This document shows, piece after piece, positions 49,916-63,580 of a stretch of DNA of 64,000 nt. The position numbers were made by a program, and so were the translations under genes. Numbering within the stretch: position 1 is the stretch's first letter; the number at the start of each line of letters is the position of its first letter. The DNA is from Callorhinchus milii (lineage: Eukaryota). The stretch spans positions 134,914,001-134,978,000 of the forward strand of contig NW_024704742.1 of assembly GCF_018977255.1 (NCBI RefSeq). Direction: 5' to 3'. The notes beneath the pieces were generated by a model. That model did no database searches. It was not told the origin of the DNA and saw only the letters and a program-made list of their open reading frames with translations.

Positions 49916-51831
49916 GGAACCAGTGGAGTTTGGCACTGCCTGCAGTCTTCAGGTGGACGATAAAAATCCCACAATAAAAGAGAGGAGTTTATCATTGTCC
50001 TGGCCAACATTCCTTCAGATAAAGTCTAAAAGCATAAGGAATTTCAGATAACTGAACGCAAACACAGCAGATGCACCAAACATGCCGAAATTCCCTTAGA
50101 AACACTGATTCCAATAAACATTCTCCTTGTAATAATCCCGTCTAACTTCTCACAACTAAAGTACTCCTCTGCCACATGGCCAACTACAACAGGACTTCAC
50201 CCAAAGTGAGTGAATAACACATGAGGTATAACAGAATTACACAACACAAAGGTACAGGTTAAAAGCAGTAATTTCATCTCGTGCATTGCCCGCATGGTTT
50301 ACAATGTACTTGAAATCCCTCGATGGAATTACCTTGTTGTAACTCACTTCTGGAATCTATTATTTGCTACATTTATAAACTCTGTTTGTTGCAGTGGAGC
50401 GCTTATAAAGGGAGCAAATCAGATTCTGGGAATTTAGGACCCAATTTGTACCAGGCCATTTGAACAAAAATGCATTTTTTTTAAAACAGTAAAAGCTGTA
50501 ATAGAATTTTAAAACCTCACAAAGTGGAACAAAACAAAGTTAAAGTGCTGCTCACTCCATTATACCAGCTTCTAACCCCAGAGTTCACCACAATGTTAAC
50601 TGCAAAGTTGGTTGGCGCAGAAGAAACTTTTCTGTTGTCCTATTTTTCTGAATATTTTAAATATGTTGCAAAGATTTTGTGTTTCATTCCAAAGTAGTAA
50701 TAGCAATCCTTGTATTTGAGATAGCACCTCATCACGTCATCGAGACATCTCAAACCCTTCATAGGATTTACTGTAAAGTGTAGTGACTGGGTATTTTGTA
50801 AGCATAGTTTAGAATACTTTAGGAGGCAGTAGAACAAGAGTTAGAATTGCAAACGACAATTTGGGGACAGACACCAGGAAGTTTTTCTTTACCCGAGGGT
50901 AATTAATGACTGCAACAGGCTTGCCAGGAAACGTGTTGAGGCCATGATACTGGACTCATTGCAAAGGCAGCTTGATACTGTGATGAAAGGATGATAGATC
51001 GGTGTTCTCCAGGGATGAAATCAGATGGGCTCTTCATCCAAACTTCATCCAGACTAATATTTTGATATCAGTGAATCGCTACTAGAACTTTTATGAAATC
51101 CCTCCGGCTCAACCTCTCTATCTCTCCTTTCAAAACTCACCTAAAGCTCTCTCTCTCCTTGACTGTGGTTTGGTTAGACTCCAGACTTCCAACACGGAAC
51201 CCTCGGAATTGCTTCAATTATAAAAAAATTGTATTTCACTTGATTTTATTTTTTACAATCTGTTGATCAGGTGGCTATTTGTTTACAACTAGTCTAAGCG
51301 AGGAATTTGCTTTGATCAGAATGGTAAGTGCAAAGTGTTGACGGTGAGCTCTACCCATTATACTGTTAATAGCAACTGAACCCAACACAAACCGAAAATG
51401 AACACCACATTATTTCCTGACAGAACACTGCTGTGCAATTGTTTTATCAAACACATTAGTGACATATTAACATATAAAAACATAAAATATCTGGTCCAAA
51501 TTGAATGAAAAATTGGACATTGTCTATTAAACAAAAAATCAATGGAGCCACAAAGCAATCATTCTAGATCTTTAGCTGCTCTTCGCTATTGACAGCAGGA
51601 ACTGCTAATGTCTTGCCAAAGTGAATTACTTACACTGGATTACTAGACAGAGAACCGGGGTGGAAATTGGTATTCAAGCATGAAAACACCTGGGGATTAA
51701 CACCTGAGTCTTATTAACCCTGCAAAGACAGTCACGACATCACTATACCCCAGTTGAAGAATAAAACCAGTTTATTCTAAGGAAATAATGGATTAAGGGG
51801 AGGATTTTCTGTACTACTATAATTGTACTTC

Positions 51832-51949
51832 AAACACAGAAGTCGCTGGGAACATTCAGCAGGACAAGCAGCATCTATGGAGAAAAGAAAGTGAGTCAAC
51901 GTTTTGGGTTCACGACCCTTCGTCAGAACAGGTCGTGGGTCTGAAACGT
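51832..51949 (-). mobile_element. Penelope-like terminal repeat relic with a degenerate minimal hammerhead motif
   Basis: Revcomp GTT-CTGACGA-AGGGTCGTGAACCC-AAAAC-GTTG-ACTC followed by TTCTCCATAGATGCTGC...CCTGCTGAA. Confidence 0.6.
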
Positions 51950-52149
51950 ATGCGTTATAATAACTGGGATTAAGAAATAACTTGAATATTTATAGAGACT
52001 TAATGTTCAACTGGGGATAATTCACTTCTTAGCTTATTAATGTAGCAGCCTTCAGAATTTGGCTAAGCCTCCAATCATCATAAATCCCCCCTTCCCTAGC
52101 CTCCCCCACACCTCTCTATACCCTTCTCCCTCAGTTTGCTTGTATCAGA

Positions 52150-52475
52150 CTGGCTCAGTTGGTTGTGCTCTTGTTTCAGAGTCTTTCAACCTTTACATTC
52201 ACCAAGTCGAGGCTGACACTCTGATGCAGTGCTGGTGGTGCTCTGAATTGTTAGAGGTGCCATCCTTCGGATGAAACATTAAATTAAAGTCTAGTTGACC
52301 TGTTTAGGTGAGAATTAAAGATCCCACGGCACTACTCGAAAAGAGAAGGGAGTTTTATCCCAGGGTCCTAGCCAACAGTACCTCGAGTAATATTGGTCAT
52401 TCACTTTGTGGATGTTTGTGGGTTATTGCTGTGCTCAAATTGGCTGCCATGTTTGCCCACAAAATATACAGTTAC
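52150..52475 (+). mobile_element. Deu-domain SINE
   Basis: TGGCTCAGTTGG head; GAGGTGCCATCCTTCGGATGAAACATTAAA...AAAGATCCCACGGCACTACTCGAAAAGAG. Confidence 0.8.
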
Positions 52476-53255
52476 TACAAAGTGAGGGGGAGAGAGAGAG
52501 AGGATTATTTTCCTCCTCCCACCACACACACCATTTTTTTATTTGAAAAAGTGGACACTTACTATACAAATCAAATCTATCCTTTCCCAGCAAATCTAGA
52601 TTACATGGAAAATAATTGCATAATATCAATTTTACAAGAGATTAAATCACTTTGATTGCTGCCAAGATGTTTATGATCTTTTGGCTAAGGTGGCTGTAAT
52701 TTTGTTGTATACTAAATTATCAGTTTTTTTTTCTTCCCGGATAAATCCAAGGGTCCACTTCTAAAAACCATCTCTGATGTTAGGCTCCGTCGAATGCTGT
52801 GCAACAAATGGAGCTGTGTAAGCAAGTACTTAACATGGCTCGACAATGTGCAAAACAAAGATCAGAACTGTAGACTGAGTCGTTTTGCTGAAAACTAATG
52901 TATTGTGTACTAACGTATTTTGAAGTGAAATAGGATTTCGGCACCAAATTGCTAGTAAAATAACACTGTAAAATCCAGTGCACAAGTTTATGGCTTCATA
53001 CTGCATTTTACAATCTCAACCTGAGGCTATAACCTATGCATTGGTGAGAGCGATCCTTCACTACTTTTGAATTTATCCTCTTGAGAGTTTTAGTGCTCAA
53101 AGCGAGGTAAGTCAATGCTAGGAAATGGATACCCAATGTTAGCATCAAGCACTCCTATCTTAAGTAATCATGTTCAATGTCCTTACTTTCCTCAAACCAA
53201 CCCGACACCTTAATGCACGGACATTTCCATTTCCCTCCTTTATGGATCCTATTGA

Positions 53256-53572
53256 GTCAAGCCCGTGTGGCAGTCTTGATATTCCGGATACTGAACCAGG
53301 TAGTACTCCAGGGCACTTCTGAGGACACACCAGTCAGCCTGGCTCATCGGCAGGACTTGGTGGAGCAGACCAAGAGCAGGAATTCTTTCCACTCAGTTCC
53401 TTTTAACCTTTCAAGCCAAAGCCCTGATGGATTGGGCGGTCATAGCAGGAAAGCTTTCCAGACAGTCCTCTGAATGGCAAGGTGCGGGGTATTAGCACAT
53501 TAAACTCCAGCAATAACCCAACGCACACTCTGGGATCTCCAAGCCTTGGCTCTTGCCAATCTGTGCCTAATA
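53256..53572 (-). repeat. Unidentified dispersed repeat, copy 2
   Basis: Revcomp GGCTTGGAGATCCCAGAGTGTGCGTTGGG and GGCTTGAAAGGTTAAAAGGAACTGAGTGGAAAGAAT match 42226-42401. Confidence 0.75.
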
Positions 53573-54374
53573 CTCTCCAGTGTCTGCAGTCCCTCCAAGG
53601 AGAGAGTGTGTATTCCATTCTAGACACAGTGGCATACATGGAACTCTCAGTCTGGTTTGGATATTCTTCTGTATGTGTGAAACACCTGAAAAACCCAAAC
53701 AGAACTTCTATGGGCTGTAAGTTAGATCAATTTAAGCTGAACCGTACGTATGTGTGTGTGCTAACGGCCCAAACGTGGGGCTCTTTCAGCTGGTAATCTG
53801 GGGTGGATTTGAAACCAAGTCACAGAAGTGAAATGACTGTCTCTATTACTCTTGCCATTTTTACTCACGTTTAAATACAGTACTTTTTTAAAAAAACAAT
53901 TTGCATTTATATAGTGTCCCTCACACAGGGTAGCGTCCCAGAGCGCTTCAGTTAAAAGATACTGCATTAACCTTGGATGAAGAACATTGATGTGGCTACA
54001 TGTGATTCTTATTTCTGCTAATTCTTGGCCAACAATCCCTCAAATAAAATTGGTCATCACTTCATGGCTATTTGTGGGACTCTGCTGTGTTTGGCTGCTA
54101 CGTTCGCCCACAAATACACAGTTGCTTCACATTCTCGCGAAGTGAAAGGTGCTATATATACCAAATCCAAGGATTATTATTATTGGCTGAATAAATGCAA
54201 ATAGCCACATTACTTCCATACTTTGCTTGGTATGTTCCCACACAGGAGCACAGAGGAATACAGATTAGAAAAGAAATGGAATATCTGCATGTCCCAGAAT
54301 AATTGCTTTGATTTTTGTGACTATTTTATTTAATCAATGGATGCTTCCCCCTCTCACTAACTTAAGGACATGAG

Positions 54375-54610
54375 TAGAACCATAGCAATTTATAGCATAA
54401 AAGAAGGCTACTCAGCCCTTTGTGACTGCAAAGACTCTTTTAAGAGAAATCCTTTTAGTCCCATTTTCCTGTCCTTTCCCCATACCCTTGTAGTTTACTC
54501 CAGTTTAAGTACTTATGTGGTTCCATTTTGAAAGCTAATATAGATTCTGTCTCAATCATCACTCCCGGCAGGACACTCCATATCCCAGCTCCTCCGTGTG
54601 TCAAAGAAAT
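54375..54610 (-). mobile_element. Degraded CR1 3' end
   Basis: Similar to 55547-55780. Confidence 0.6.
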
Positions 54611-55546
54611 CCTAACCTGCTGGATTTTTTATGAAATACAAAGCATAGAATTGTTGAAATTCCCAAGTCTAGCAATTCTTACAAGGCTAAAGATATATTT
54701 TTCACTGGATCTCCGTTACACAAGTCGTGTTGAGAAATGACATGAAATGAAAGGATTATTTAATAAAGTCCAATAGTCTAAAATTATTTATGCCTGCTGA
54801 AATACTTTATTGTCACAGAAACCTAAAGGTTTTTTAAGAGTGCAGTGCAAGCCAGTACAATGCCGCTGCAGCTTGAAAAAGGCTACATACAACTGATGAC
54901 TTGAGATAGTATTTGCGATCGCTTAACAAAATAGAAAGAAAGCACATCAAGGATTTCCAGTATATCTGACAGCCATAAAATCAGACTAACAAAAAGAGTA
55001 AAAAATCTGCTTGCCAAGGCACACCAATCCTCCCCCTCCTTCTGTATAATCCAATTTCACAACTATCAAAAGTGAACAGTATAGTACTTGAACAGTAATG
55101 CAACTCAATCACCCTTTGACTGAAAGCTCTTTTCAAGATACTCAGACCCATTGCCAGTGAGCGCGGAGAGTTTGATAGTCTGAATTGTCAAAAAAGACCG
55201 AACAACACAATAGAAACATTGAATGTCATAGCAACGGAACCAGATTTTTGGCTCATCAAGTCTACGCTGGTGATTTCTCTACCAAAGAATTCCACTTGCT
55301 CCTCACCCCCCTTTAATCTTCCTCTTTTTCAAACATCTATTTAATATCCTTTTCAAAGAAATTTAGATCTAATTTCAACATGGATTTCTGACAGTGATAA
55401 AATTAGCAGAAAATAATAATGGTCCTTACATTTGGTATAGCGCCTTTCATGTTGGATGTCTGAAAGCAAGCGCTTCACAGAATATAATGTAAACTGAGTG
55501 AGTGTGTGTTTTGCGGGCAAACTTGGCAGCCAATTTTCAGGACTTC

Positions 55547-56780
55547 ATAGAATCATAGAATTATAGAGCAAAGGAGGAAGCCATTTGGCCCATCGTGTCT
55601 AAGCCGACTCTTTGAAAAGAGCTACCAAATCAATCCCACTCCCCCGAGCTCTCCCCATAGCCCTGCAAAAAAACTCCCCAAACAATTATCTACTTTTCTC
55701 TTAAAAGTTGTTGTCGAATTGGTCTCCACCACCCTTTCAGGCAATGCATTCCAGATCCAAACAACTCCCTGTGTGAAAAAATTCTCCTCACCGCTGTTTC
55801 TTTTAGATTCTTTGACAACTAGTTCAAATCAATGTCCTTGGGCTACTGACCTGCCCGCTAGGAGAAATAGGCTGATATTTCGCCTTGTTCACCCTATTGA
55901 ATCATCTCATAATTTTGAAAACTTCTATTAAGTCTACTCTTAACCTTCTCTACTCCAAGGAGAATAATCCCAGCTTTTCTAGCCTCTCCTGATAACTGAA
56001 GTCCCTCATTCCTCGTACCATACTGGTGAATCTCCTTTGCATCTTCTCCAATGCCTTGACATCCTTCCTAAAGTTTGGTGCCCAGAACTGAACACAGTCT
56101 CTAGCTGAGGCCTAACCAATGTTTTATAAAGGTTCATCATAACTTCCTGACCTTTGTATTCTATGCCCTTATTTATAAAGCCTAATATCCCATATGTTTT
56201 TTTAACAGCTTTACCTACCTGTACTGCCACCTTCAAAGATTTACTTTTATAAACCCCAAAATCTTTCTGTTCCTTCGCCCCCTTTAAGATTCTACCATCT
56301 ATCTTATACCGTCTCTCCTCATTTTTCCTTCCAAATGCAGCACTTCGCATTTCTCCACAGTAAACTTCATCTGCCACATGTCTGCCCATTTTACCAGTCT
56401 GTCTATGTCCATTTGCAGTCTGCTACTATCCTCCTCAGTGTTTACTACTTTTCCCAGCTAAGTAGCATCTGAAAGCTTGGAAATTGTACTCCCTGTACCC
56501 AAGTCCAGGTCATTTATATAGATCAAAAACAGCAGTGGTCCCAATACTGATCCCTGGGGGACATCACTGCACACTTCCCTCCAGTCAGAAAAACAACCAT
56601 TCACCACCACTCTCTACTTTCTGTCTCCCAGCCAGTTCTGTATCCATGCTACCACTGTCCCTTTAGTACCGTGGACTTCTATTTTGCTTACACGTCTCTT
56701 ATGTGGCACTTTGTCAAACGCCTTTTGAAAATCCATATAAACTACATCGACTGCACTACCTTCATCCACCCTCTCCGTTA
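55547..56780 (-). mobile_element. 5'-truncated CR1 LINE, about 1.2 kb, frameshifted
   Basis: Revcomp motifs [29 protein letters not shown] and [13 protein letters not shown]; 3' end CATAGAATCATAGAA. Confidence 0.93.
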
Positions 56781-56784
56781 CTTG

Positions 56785-57121
56785 GATCACATAGTGTAAG
56801 CTGACACCACAATGCAGTGCTGGGAGTTTATTGCATTGTCAGAGGTGCCGTCCTTCAGATGAGACTTTAAAGCAATGTCCAGTCTGCCCTTTCAGGTGGA
56901 TATTGAAGATCACGTGGCACTATTTGAAAAAAGTCCTGGCCAACCATCCCCCAAACAAAATTGGTCACTCACTCCAAGGCTGTTTGTGGGACATAGCTGG
57001 GCGCAAACCAGTTGCCGCACTTTCCCCATAAAATACACAGTAACTCCACTTTACAGCAAATCCTGTAAAGCTCTTTGAGACGTCTCAATGATGTGATAAG
57101 GTGCTATATTAAATGCAAGCA
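56785..57121 (+). mobile_element. Deu-domain SINE
   Basis: GAGGTGCCGTCCTTCAGATGAGAC...CAGGTGGATATTGAAGATCACGTGGCACTATTTG plus the shared tail. Confidence 0.8.
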
Positions 57122-58039
57122 TTGCAATGCAAACCTGTGAAAGTCCTTTGAGAGGTTTTGACATTGTAATAAAGCACCAATCATACACAAGAATTATTTG
57201 CATTTGATATATCTTCAAGACGTGTCAAAGCATTTCACAGAATATATTGTAAAGTGAATTTACTGTATATTTTGTGGGCGAAATGTGGCAGCCAATTGCA
57301 CACAGCAGTGTCCCACAAACAGTTGTGAATTAAGTGACCAAATTATTATTATGATTCAGTGAAGAATGTCAGGTTTTTCCTGGTGAGGAGACGTATTGTT
57401 TATCCTATATGAGCTGCCTTCTCTGTCTTGTATCTGGAGCAGTATTTCAATCCCCGGCTGTCTGCTGCTGATGACTGTGTTGGGTGTTATTTCACTCATG
57501 TGCTTATGTCGATTTTCACACGAGTGAAATATTGATCGTCGCGCGCTGTGAAACAGAGCTCTCTCTTACTGCACTGTTTGTCCAAAGATATAGGAGACCT
57601 TTAATACTGAAAAAAATTCTTCCCAGACACAGAGGCACTCGTGAATATATGGGTCTATTTTGGAGATCAGCAAAAAAGATCCTGCTACAGAGAAATTATT
57701 TCCTCTGGTGGGGAATCCAGAACAAGGGGGCATAATCCCCTTTGGTCCAAATCCCTGACTGTCCAGTGCCTTGGGATATCCTTGGGAGCAAAGGCGAGTA
57801 ATTGAGGTACAGATCAGCCATGATAAAATAGAATGGCGGAACAGGCTCAAGGGGCTGAATGGCCTACTCCTGTTCCTATGTTCCTAAAAGTATTTGAAGA
57901 TGGTGAATCCTGGGTCTGTTGCAGGCCAAGACCCTTTGCAATGCAGCTCAGATGACGATCACAGCCCTGGCTTGTGTGACGACAGAGCGGAATTCCAAAA
58001 GAAGATTCTCTAGTTAAAAATCAGATCCCGAAAGTCGCC

Positions 58040-58290
58040 CCACTATCAGCGGTCGGGCCTTCAGCATCTCTGCCCTCACCCTCTGGAACTCCATCCCACA
58101 TTCGCTTCGCCTGCTCCCTCACTTTCCTCCTTCAAGGCACGCCTCAAGATCCTCCTTCTCTAGGTAGTACCCTCTCTGCCCTCCATCATCCCTGATCCCA
58201 AAACTCCCCCACTTGGGTCCTAATCCCTGACTGTTCAGCGTCTTGGGATGTCCTCCCGACGTGAAAGGCGCTTTACAAAGGTAATTTTGC
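58040..58290 (+). mobile_element. L2 3'-end fragment
   Basis: GGTCGGGCCTTCAGC...CTGGAACTCCATCCC...GATGTCCTCCCGACGTGAAAGGCGCTTTA. Confidence 0.85.
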
Positions 58291-60164
58291 ATTGTATTGC
58301 GTATTGTAACAGTCAAAAGAGACCAGGAAAATACAATACCTCCATTTCCCCGAGATACTTTGGTGTGTAAGGGCAGTACTGAACATTCAGACAGGAGGCC
58401 TGAAATTCACACCTAGCCTTAGCCTGCAAGATTATTTTGTCTTAATATTCATAATAAGAATCTTTGCCTTGTCATGTATTTGAGATGTCTCAAAGCGCTT
58501 CACAGAATGTACTTTGAAGCAAATTGACTGTATATTTTTGGGGGCAGCCAATCGTGCACAGCAGCGTCCCACAACAGACGTGGATTGAGTGAGCGAATTA
58601 AGATTGCTCAGATTTTAGGAAAAAGATAAGGAGACATGAGCGGGAGAGAAGGCGAGAGGGAGATTTAACGAGAGGCAGAGGAGGTGAGCAAATTGGCAGG
58701 AAAAAAANGCAAAATGGATATTTGGCGGATAAAAATTAAATCAAAGTAGTAGTCAAAACACACAGGCTGCTGCTAAACAAGTCAACTTACATCCAGGATG
58801 ACATTTAAACCAGTCTGAAGATGAAATAATTTGACAATGGTTAGTGATTTTGTCTACAATTATAACATTTCTGCAGCAGTAAATGAGACTCTGATATCTG
58901 CTACAAAACCAATAACATTCTGGAGGTTTGAGTGCAGCATTTATTTTTAATAACAGGATCTTTAGAAAGTCTTTAGGAAAATCAATAGAAATTTCTCCAG
59001 GAACAACATCAACAATAGGTTCAGAAAACGGCATAGAAAAGATTCCCGGATAAGCCTTCTTTTGAACCATTGTGCACAGAAAGGCTCTCAGAATGCCTCC
59101 AAGGTCTGGCTGTTGTGTAGCTCCTTGGTTTTACAACCAATTGTGGCTCTAAATGATTTTTAACAATAGCAGCTTGCGTTTATATAGCACCCTTCGTGAG
59201 GTAGCATCCCAGAGTGCCTGGCAGTGGCGGAGTCTGTGAAGCATCTCAAAGCGTTGTGCAGAACACACTGTAAAGTGAATTTACTGTTTATTAACGGCTT
59301 AGTTGTGGGCCCTTTGCATAATTCTGGTCAAAATTAATACAGTGTTTCCCTGCTGAAGAAAAGGAGCTGGACTGGAAGCTTGTGCCCCAAGGCAGACTTT
59401 TGTCCAGACCACAACATCATTTGACATTTTTAAAAAATTAACCCTTTGGAGTCAAGATTGTGCCCTTCGAGGGCCACCAGGCACGTATCCAACCTGGTGG
59501 CCAAGGCTCGGAATTACCACTGCCGGAGGGCGAGCATAATAAATAAGCAAGATAGATTATTCCCCAAAAAATTATTTTAAAAAAACGTGGTAATGATTTG
59601 GTCACTCAATCCATGACTGTTCGTGGATTGCTGCTGTGCACAATTGGCTGCTGCATTTCGCCGACAAAATCTACAGTCAATTCACTTTACAATATATCCT
59701 GTGAAGCGCTTTGAATTGTCTCTATGATGTGATAAGGCACGATATCAAATGCAAGGATTAATATTATTATATTATTATTGGGGCCCTGAAGTTGAGAGTG
59801 CTACCAACTGAGCCAGGCTGTCACCTAGAGTGTACAAATATACAATTAATACCTTTGGCAGCAGTTGTCTGTGAAGGGCTTTAAGATTTTTCAACTTTGT
59901 AGGCGCTATATGAAAAGTAAGGATTATTGCAAGTGATTTTAAATTTACAGAAAGATTTTTTAAAAGATGTATGTAGCTGAAACTATGATGGGCAATTGTT
60001 GATCCATTTGCTTAATTTTATATCAATTCAAATTGAAAGCGATTCACAATCTTCTTACCCCAGGTACTTATTTGAAAGTCAGAACCCAGAATCATGGAAA
60101 TTGTGGCGTAGAAGTAGGCCATTGTTATTATTTGCATGGCACTCTGTCTGTCTGTGCTATCCAA

Positions 60165-60457
60165 ATAATAATTTGATTGATATATTGCTTTATCATGTCT
60201 TTGAGACGTCTCAAAGTGCTTCACAGAATTTACTGGAAAGTAAATTGACTTTATTTTGTGGGCGAAATTGGTAGCTAACTGCGCACAGCAGTGTCCCAGA
60301 CAGTCGTGGATTGCGGGAAATTTCTCCAAATATTTTTTTGAAAGGATTATTACCCCCGAAGAGTCAATCGAATAACAATCAGGTTCCTACTTACTGCTAG
60401 GTGAACAGAAGTGTGTAGGGTAAGGAAACTTGCCTAAGGTTTCACCCCGCCTGGGAA
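60165..60457 (-). mobile_element. tRNA-Ala-like SINE, head truncated
   Basis: Tail and core in reverse orientation. Confidence 0.82.
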
Positions 60458-60749
60458 AGGATGTAAGGGGAGTAACTCCTGACATCTTTTCAATCCCCCG
60501 TCAAGGTTAGATTGAAATTAATTGAATGTTATGGAGACAAACTAGGTTGGCAATATTGTACAAATATTAAAAAGTTATTAATAATATGTTGAGCAGTCAG
60601 AACGAGCCCAAAAATGTAATGTTTCTTTTTTGGGAGAATGGGATGAAAGCGAGAACCGGGTTCCTTTTATCGTCCAGTTTAGCCACAATGCAGATGGGAT
60701 GTATATTAGACACTAAATTCTAAAAACGAACATTCAAAATCTGGGACTA

Positions 60750-60783
60750 AATAATAAATAATAATAATAATAATAATAATAAA
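60750..60783. repeat. (AAT)n microsatellite
   Basis: Direct reading; adjacent to a minus-strand L2-like tail. Confidence 0.85.
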
Positions 60784-61544
60784 CAACACAATTTGCACTT
60801 ATTTAGCAACTTTCACACTGGAGGATAGAATCAAAGCACTTTACAAAAACAAATCAAGGCAGCGGAGTGGAGAACTCCATTGTTTTATATAGAGTGTATA
60901 AAATAAGAAATGGTCACTCACGACATCGCTGTTTGTTGTTGTGTGCAACCTGGCTGCCACGTTTGCCTATAAATAATAAAAACACAGTGGGTACACTTCA
61001 CAATAAAACCTTGGTACAGACATCTCGGCACGTGATAAGGCGCTGTTTGAAATGCAAGGATGATTATTTATTATTATAGATAACGTCGATGAGGCAGCAC
61101 CTGTCAACCTTTAGCCTCTTACCGTTTCATTGGCTGTAAAACTGAGCTGTTGGGGCTGTTGTACAATAATCAAAACATACAGTAAAAAGTGCTCCCACTG
61201 TCCGGAATGGATCTCTCACTCAGGACAAACTCCGCTAGATTTAACATTCCCCAGATTTACTCTATTACTGTAGCATTTCAGAATTTGGCAAATTGTAGAA
61301 TTCGGTTTCAATCTTGAAGCCCAGATCTTAAAATAATCTTACAGAGAAATGGCTTGAAAATTAAAGTCTGTATTGAAGAACTTGGCAAATTCTGAGTGCT
61401 CTGAAATGTCACTTTAATATAGTAAATCTAGACCCAGGTGGAATTCCTAACCTTGTGTCTGTATAAATTAACCATCTGCATACCGTCATCACACCACCAC
61501 CACCACCACCATCACCAATCTACATTTAAAGCAACACACAGCCA

Positions 61545-61860
61545 TGAAGTCCCGCAGCGTAGAAGTTAATGCGCTTGCCTCGCAAGCGAGAGGAGCCAGG
61601 ATTAATTCCTGGCCGGGGAGAAACCTTATGCAAGTTTCCTTAATCCGCTCACCTCTGTTTACCTAGTAGTAAAGCAACCCGGTTGTTAGTCAATTTTCCC
61701 GGGGTAATACCCCCTTTTTTAATCCACGACTGTTGTGCGCATGTGCTGCGGCTTTTCATCCACAAAATATAGTCAATTCATTTTTCAATATATTCTGTGA
61801 AGCTCTTTGAGACGTCTCAACAATGTGATAAGGTGCTACATCAAATCCAAGAATTATACT
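61545..61860 (+). mobile_element. Diverged tRNA-Ala-like SINE
   Basis: GCCTCGCAAGCGAGAGGAGCC head, GCAAGTTTCCTTA core, shared tail. Confidence 0.8.
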
Positions 61861-63422
61861 TGTTATTATGAAGTGAATGACTGTATTTAGCACTCAAATT
61901 CCTCCAAACCTTTTTATATCCCCCAGATTGTAAACAAGGACAATGCACATCATTAGAGTTCAACGTGCAAACTCAAAGCAGGCTTCATTGTGACTGAATA
62001 TACAAACATTGAAAAATGCACATTGCTGAGCTCAATACCACTCATTCCTCTGCAGTTACTGAAACGCCATCTAGGGGTAGAAATCCCATCAGCTGGGCTG
62101 AACAGCATGGATTTTGCATTGCTCTTAACCCTTAACCCACTGCACAAACACGGGCTGCAACAAGGGATGGTCCTCAAAGTTTTCACATCGGGAGGTCCTC
62201 CCAACGTGAAAGGCGCTCTATAAATGTAGTTTCGTTGTTGTTGTTCAATCTTACTTTCAGCACAGCCTGAGCCGGGCCGATTTCACTAATAGTTGGTGAA
62301 TGACAATAGTAATCCTTTCATTTGGTAAACAACAACAACAAGATTAGATTTGTATAGCGCCTTTCACGTCGGGAGGGCGTAAAGCATCATATATCGTCGT
62401 CAAGATGTTTCCAAGCGCTTCACAACATTTTTACTGTGTGCTGTAGTGACTGTGAGCAAACACAGCAGCCATTTTGCCGCAGCAGTGTCCCACAAGTTGC
62501 TATGAATTGAATGCCAAATTTTATTATTGTATTATTCAACAAATTTACCGTCGATTGGAGAACCTGTGCCGAGAAAATGTGTGGTTGGGATTTGGAATTC
62601 TCATGTGCACACCATTGTTGAGGCAAAGTCCATTGCTTCTTTTAAAAGGGAATTAAAGAGAGATGCTTAATAAAGTGTTTGATATTAAAGGGTAGAGAGA
62701 TGGAGCAGCAGATTAGATTAAGTATCTAACATGGAAAAAACACCAGCTCAGGCCAGATAGGCCGAAGAGCCAGTGTCTGTACTGCAGCATTCCATGATTC
62801 TACCTCAGCATCTAATAATATTATTAAGAATAATCCTTGCAGTTGATATAGCGCCTCATCATGTCCCGCAAACAGTTGTGGATTGAGTGACCAAATTATT
62901 ATTATTAATAATCCAGAATCCTTTTTAGTTCCAGTAACCCTGATATAAACATGGCTGCTTGCGAAACACAGATTGCTTGTGGCTCTATATTGATCAAAGG
63001 CAGCAAGTACAACAGAACTCAATTACACTGCAGCATTCAGATGCTGCCGATGGACGTATACGAATGTAGTCTTCCCCCGACTCCACTCTGAGCAGTGGGC
63101 AATTTTCAAGAGCTCCTACAGAGCAAACTAGTTTCAAAGCTGAGAGGTGTCCAGACTTGAAACAAGTCGATAATTATTGACTGTTTGAAATTCTGCTGTT
63201 TCACAACAAACTCCGTGTGACGTTGAATCTGCTATGAAATGTCTCCCGATCGTCAGTGTGGCCACAATTAGAAAAATATCTGCATGGCAGCAAAGCAGGA
63301 GCACAGCTCCTTGTCCGCATGCAATTGTTCATATCACACTGGTTCTTATTAGGAGAACGAAAATTGTAAGTGTTCTGTTTCAGCCCACATCTATCTGAAT
63401 GCATTTATTTACTTGCCACTTT

Positions 63423-63580
63423 TCATAGGATCATAGAATCTTACAGCACAGTGGGAGGCCATTTGGCCCATCATGCCTGTGCTGGCTCTAGTTCCACTCC
63501 CCTGCTCTTACCCCATAGCCCTGCAAATTTCTCCTTTTCAGGTACCTATCCAATGCCCGTTTGAAAGCTACTATTGAATC
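63423..63580 (-). mobile_element. CR1 3' end fragment
   Basis: TCATAGAATCTTACAGCACAG...GGAGGCCATTTGGCCCATC. Confidence 0.75.

Noticed and set aside
58708..58708. Single ambiguous base n
   Set aside because: Assembly or base-calling artefact in an A-run; not biological.
58753..59070. 105-aa minus-strand ORF as an additional WDR7 exon
   Set aside because: No similarity to the WDR7 sequence as I recall it and no convincing splice signals; more likely non-coding.
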